DNA of 64,000 nucleotides from Octopus vulgaris. Taxonomy: Eukaryota. The position numbers were made by a program, and so were the translations under genes. How positions within the stretch are numbered: the stretch's first letter is position 1; every line of letters begins with the position of its first letter. Of this stretch, positions 59,045-64,000 are shown in pieces. The stretch is taken from NCBI GenBank assembly GCA_951406725.2, contig OX597823.1, positions 114,142,001-114,206,000 on the forward strand, written 5' to 3'. The notes below the pieces were generated by a model. The model saw only the letters and a program-made list of their open reading frames with translations. It did no database searches and was not told where the DNA came from.

Positions 59045-61870
59045 CATACATACATACATACATACATACATACATACATACATACATACATACATACACA
59101 TACATACATACATACATACATACATACATACATACATACATACATACATACATACATACATACATACATACGTACATACATACATACATACATACATACA
59201 TACATACATACATACATACATACACATACATACATACATACATACATACATACATACATACATACATACATACATACATACATGCATACATACATGCATA
59301 CATACATACATACATACATACATACATACATACATACATACATACATACATACATACATACATACATACATACATACATACATACATACATACATACATA
59401 CATACATACATACATACATACGTACATACATACATACATACATACATACATACATACATACATACATACATACATACATACATACATACATACATACATA
59501 CATACATACATACATACATACATACATACATACATACATACATACATACATACATACATACATACATACATACATACATACATACATACATACATACATA
59601 CATACATACATACATACATACATACATACATACATACATACATACATACATACATACATACATACATACATACATACATACATACATACATACATACATA
59701 CATACATACATACATACATACATACATACATACATACATACATACATACATACATACATACATACATACATACATACATACATACATACATACATACATA
59801 CATACATACATACATACATACATACATACATACATACATACATACATACATACATACATACATACATACATACATACATACATACATACATACATACATA
59901 CATACATACATACATACATACATACATACATACATACATACATACATACATACATACATACATACATACATACATACATACATACATACATACATACATA
60001 CATACATACATACATACATACATACATACGTACATACATACATACATACATGTATACATACGTACATACATACATACATACATACATACATACATACATA
60101 CATACATACGTACATACATACATGCATACATACATACATGCATACATACATGCATGCATACATACATACATACATACATACATGCATACATACATACATA
60201 CATACATACATACATACATACATACATACATACATACATACATACATACATACATACATACATACATACATACATACATACATACATACATACATACATA
60301 CATACATACATACATACATACATACATACATACATACATACATACATACATACATACATACATACATACATACATACATACATACATACATACATACATA
60401 CATACATACATACATACATACATACATACATACATACATACATACATACATACATACATACATACATACATACATACATACATACATACATACATACATA
60501 CATACATACATACATACATACATACATACATACATACATACATACATACATACATACATACATACATACATACATACATACATACATACATACATACATA
60601 CATACATACATACATACATACATACATACATACATACATACATACATACATACATACATACATACATACATACATACATACATACATACATACATACATA
60701 CATACATACATACATACATACATACATACATACATACATACATACATACATACATACATACATACATGCATGCATACATACATACATACATACATACATA
60801 CATACATACATACATACATACATACATACATACATACATACATACATACATACATACATACATACATACATACATACATACATACATACATACATACATA
60901 CATACATACATACATACATACATACATACATACATACATACATACATACATACATACATACATACATACATACATACATACATACATACATACGTACATA
61001 CATACATACATACATACATACATACATACATACATACATACATACATACATACATACATACATACATACATACATACATACATACATACATACATACATA
61101 CATACATACATACATACATACATACATACATACATACATACATACATACATACATACATACATACATACATACATACATACATACATACATACATACATA
61201 CATACATACATACCTACATACATACAAACATACAAACATACAAACATACAAACATACAAACATACATACATACATACATACATACATACATACATACATA
61301 CATACATACATACATACATACATACATACATACATACATACATACATACATACATACATACATACATACATACGTACATACATACATACATACATACATA
61401 CATACATACATACATACATACATACATACATACATACATACCTACCTACATACATACAAACATACAAACATACAAACATACAAACATACAAACATACATA
61501 CATACATACCTACATACATACATACATACATACATACATACATACATACATACATACATACATACATACATACATACATACATACATACATACATACATA
61601 CATACATACATACATACATACATACATACATACATACATACATACATACATACATACATACATACATACATACATACATACTACATACATACATACATAC
61701 ATACATACATACATACATACATACATACATACATACATACATACATACATACATACATACATACATACATACATACATACATACATACATACATACATAC
61801 ATACATACATACATACATACATACGTACATACATACATACATACATACGTACATACATACATGCATACAT
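57935..61870. repeat. ~3.9 kb (CATA)n tetranucleotide array
   Basis: Direct read, with scattered CATG, CGTA and CAAA variants. Confidence 0.97.
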
Positions 61871-61874
61871 ATGC

Positions 61875-62215
61875 TTCTCTGCGATATTTTGTTCCAGAAT
61901 TCAAGACAGTCGTCAGGAATTGTTCCGACTTGTTCTTGGGTGGTTCCCTGGTCAAAGATCTTCTGCTCCCTAGTTTCAATTATTGCGTACCTTTTGTGTT
62001 CCCTATTCACTGTCTTTTGGAACCCAATCTTCATTTATTGGGCAGCTCCGATCGTAGCCTTACATAATGACAGTGTTTACCTGTTTTCTTTGCTTGTTTC
62101 TATTTTCGTGGGTCGTAATAGCTATTTTGTCACGTGGTCCACTCTGCTGTCAAGTGGGACACCTGTTGTGTGAGACGCCTTCACCTTCTGCATCAATCAA
62201 TTCAGAAATTATTTA
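61875..62215 (-). pseudogene. Possible degraded N-terminal region of a Dong/R4 ORF
   Basis: KQVNTVIM*GYDRSCP..GFQK...ETREQKIFDQ resembles the R4-clade N-terminal VMECYY.S.P..GYRK...TEQRL.DQ motif, recalled from memory. Confidence 0.4.
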
Positions 62216-62218
62216 TAA

Positions 62219-62735
62219 CTTGCAGTATCGCCCGGCGTTGCTCGGGTTTTGTAAGGGAAATAACTATATAAGCATTTTTAGAGAGTTACTTCCCTTATAG
62301 ATGCCAATTCGGGCTTTCTTAGCCATTTCTGTTTTGGTGCTTTCAAGCCATGAAGTCGTTGTTCTAAAAGAACGCTGGTCTCCTTGACAACGCATTACGA
62401 CGTTGATTTCCTTAAACTCCCTTCCCCACAGCTTCACGAGGAGGGAAGAAGGGGGAGAAGCAAACACAGGTGCAGGTGTTTGAGCGTGGACGCCAACTCC
62501 GCCGCCATCGACACACGAAAAATTATGCATTAAAATGGAATAAAAAATTATGTTAAATTATTTTTAAAATCGTAAACTCATCGTAGACGCGCACTAATAG
62601 CCAGACGGGCTCGATATTAATCACGACTATAAGATACCCGAATTTGGTTAAACTGTACCGCAAAATGTGGGAGTAGTTAGGAATCTAAATCGAAGGGGAC
62701 AGACACTCACACAACTACAGTTTTATATATATAGA
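62219..62735 (-). mobile_element. Non-autonomous Helitron (517 bp)
   Basis: The minus strand starts TCTATATATATAAAA and ends with hairpin CCCGAGCAACGCCGGG plus CGATACTG-CAAG (CTAG variant). It sits between host A and T with no TSD. Confidence 0.85.
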
Positions 62736-63397
62736 TTGCATTTTCCTTCCCACAAGAAATTTTTCCTGACACCCACTTTTTGTTATGAAAATGCAAGCCT
62801 TGGCGATTCATGACGTTACAAGCAACACTGTTATTGGAAGATGCTCTTTTCTTCACATTTACCCCTGTTCACTTCATTTCGTGATCTTGGTACTTGTTGT
62901 ACCTAAAGTTCTAACAACAACAACTATAAACACAACATTCTCACCATAGTCTTTTTATTTCCCACATCAAATCATATCTAATTTGTTTTTTCTTTTCTTT
63001 TTTCATCACTAGTACATGTACAAAGGGAAAAGGTAACATCACTGCTATATGCTTTCTTTTTATTTTCATTTATCTTTTTATTGATATATCTAAACCTCAA
63101 TCTTTCTGTCTTCTACCCATCGATGTATCTTTATATGTCGGTAGAAACATCGATGAAGTTTTCCCTTGAATAAACACAAACATTCTTTCTTTGTCTCTTT
63201 CTTTCTCTCTCTCTCTCTCCCTCTTCAACCATACCACATTCCCTTCACTAAAGACAGTCTCTCTCTTCTTCCCTGTCTGCTTCACTACCTTCCCCTTTAA
63301 CTTAACAATAATTCACCACTTAACAGCAGCTTTCATTGTTAACTTTCTCTTTTCATGTCTCTCTTCCTTGACACACATTTAACCTTGGCGTATTCGT

Positions 63398-63531
63398 TTC
63401 TACTCTAGGCACAAGGCCCGAAATTTTTGGGGAGGGGGCCAGTCAATTAGGTCGACCTCAGTAGGCAACTGGTACTTAATTTATCGGCCCCGAAAGGATC
63501 AAAGGCAAAGTCTACCTCGGTGGAATTTGAA
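63398..63531 (-). mobile_element. SINE family A variant, 3' part
   Basis: Matches 55465-55597. Confidence 0.8.
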
Positions 63532-63839
63532 TTAGCTTTGGCGTATTAATATGTCAATTGCGGTTGTTATATATTTTTCGTGTTTAACCACCGGTGTTGA
63601 TAGATAAAGTACGACTCCAGGCTGGTATAATTGTCGAAATGTCAGCGTCGTCAGTGATATCTTGCGAATTTTTTTCTACTTTTTATGGTTAGTGGTAGGA
63701 AAAAGAGACATTCGGAGTCCCGTACCCCAAAGATGCCTCGAGGAGCAATGCTCCGCCTGAATCATTATTTCGGCCATATGAATAAGAAAACGAACTGCAT
63801 GAAATGGAATAATTGGTAGCAAACATCTTGGTTTCAAGT

Positions 63840-64000
63840 TAGGCATAAGGCCAGCATGTTTGGGAGAGGAAGTACATGCATTAAATCGACCCCAGTACTC
63901 AAATGGTACTTATTTTATCGACCCTAAGAGGATGAGTGGCAGAGCCAACCACGTGGGTATTTATACCCAGAACATAGAGACGGGTGAAATGCCCCTGAAT
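63840..64000 (-). mobile_element. Degraded family-A-related SINE running off the window end
   Basis: Core TCGACCCCAGTACTC..TGGTACTTATTTTATCGACCC. Confidence 0.7.

Noticed and set aside
57855-62173. ORFs of 900-1365 aa
   Set aside because: Translations of stop-free (CATA)n; not genes.

Overview
AT-rich, microsatellite-dense animal DNA. The repeat families look like coleoid cephalopod (Octopus-type) intronic or intergenic sequence; this rests on recognition, not a database search. No intact host gene is evident, and nearly all long ORFs in the track are microsatellite artefacts. The window is a mosaic of mobile elements: a 5'-truncated Tx1/L1 retrotransposon plus a second 3'UTR copy inside a (TCTA)n array; R4/Dong-type fragments and a non-coding retroposon stacked in (TAA)n arrays; a deleted Penelope-like (GIY-YIG) element; RTE 3' ends; Helitron Rep/PIF1 remnants and a non-autonomous Helitron; mariner fragments and MITEs; four tRNA-derived SINE families; and a ~3.9 kb (CATA)n array. 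The most notable signal is a set of short non-coding elements carrying type I hammerhead ribozyme motifs. The best example (53010-54050) is a 485-bp-period partial tandem repeat plus an inverted copy. Its hammerhead has an unusually long stem II, and its repeat boundary falls exactly at the predicted self-cleavage site, as expected of a retrozyme or non-autonomous Penelope-type element.
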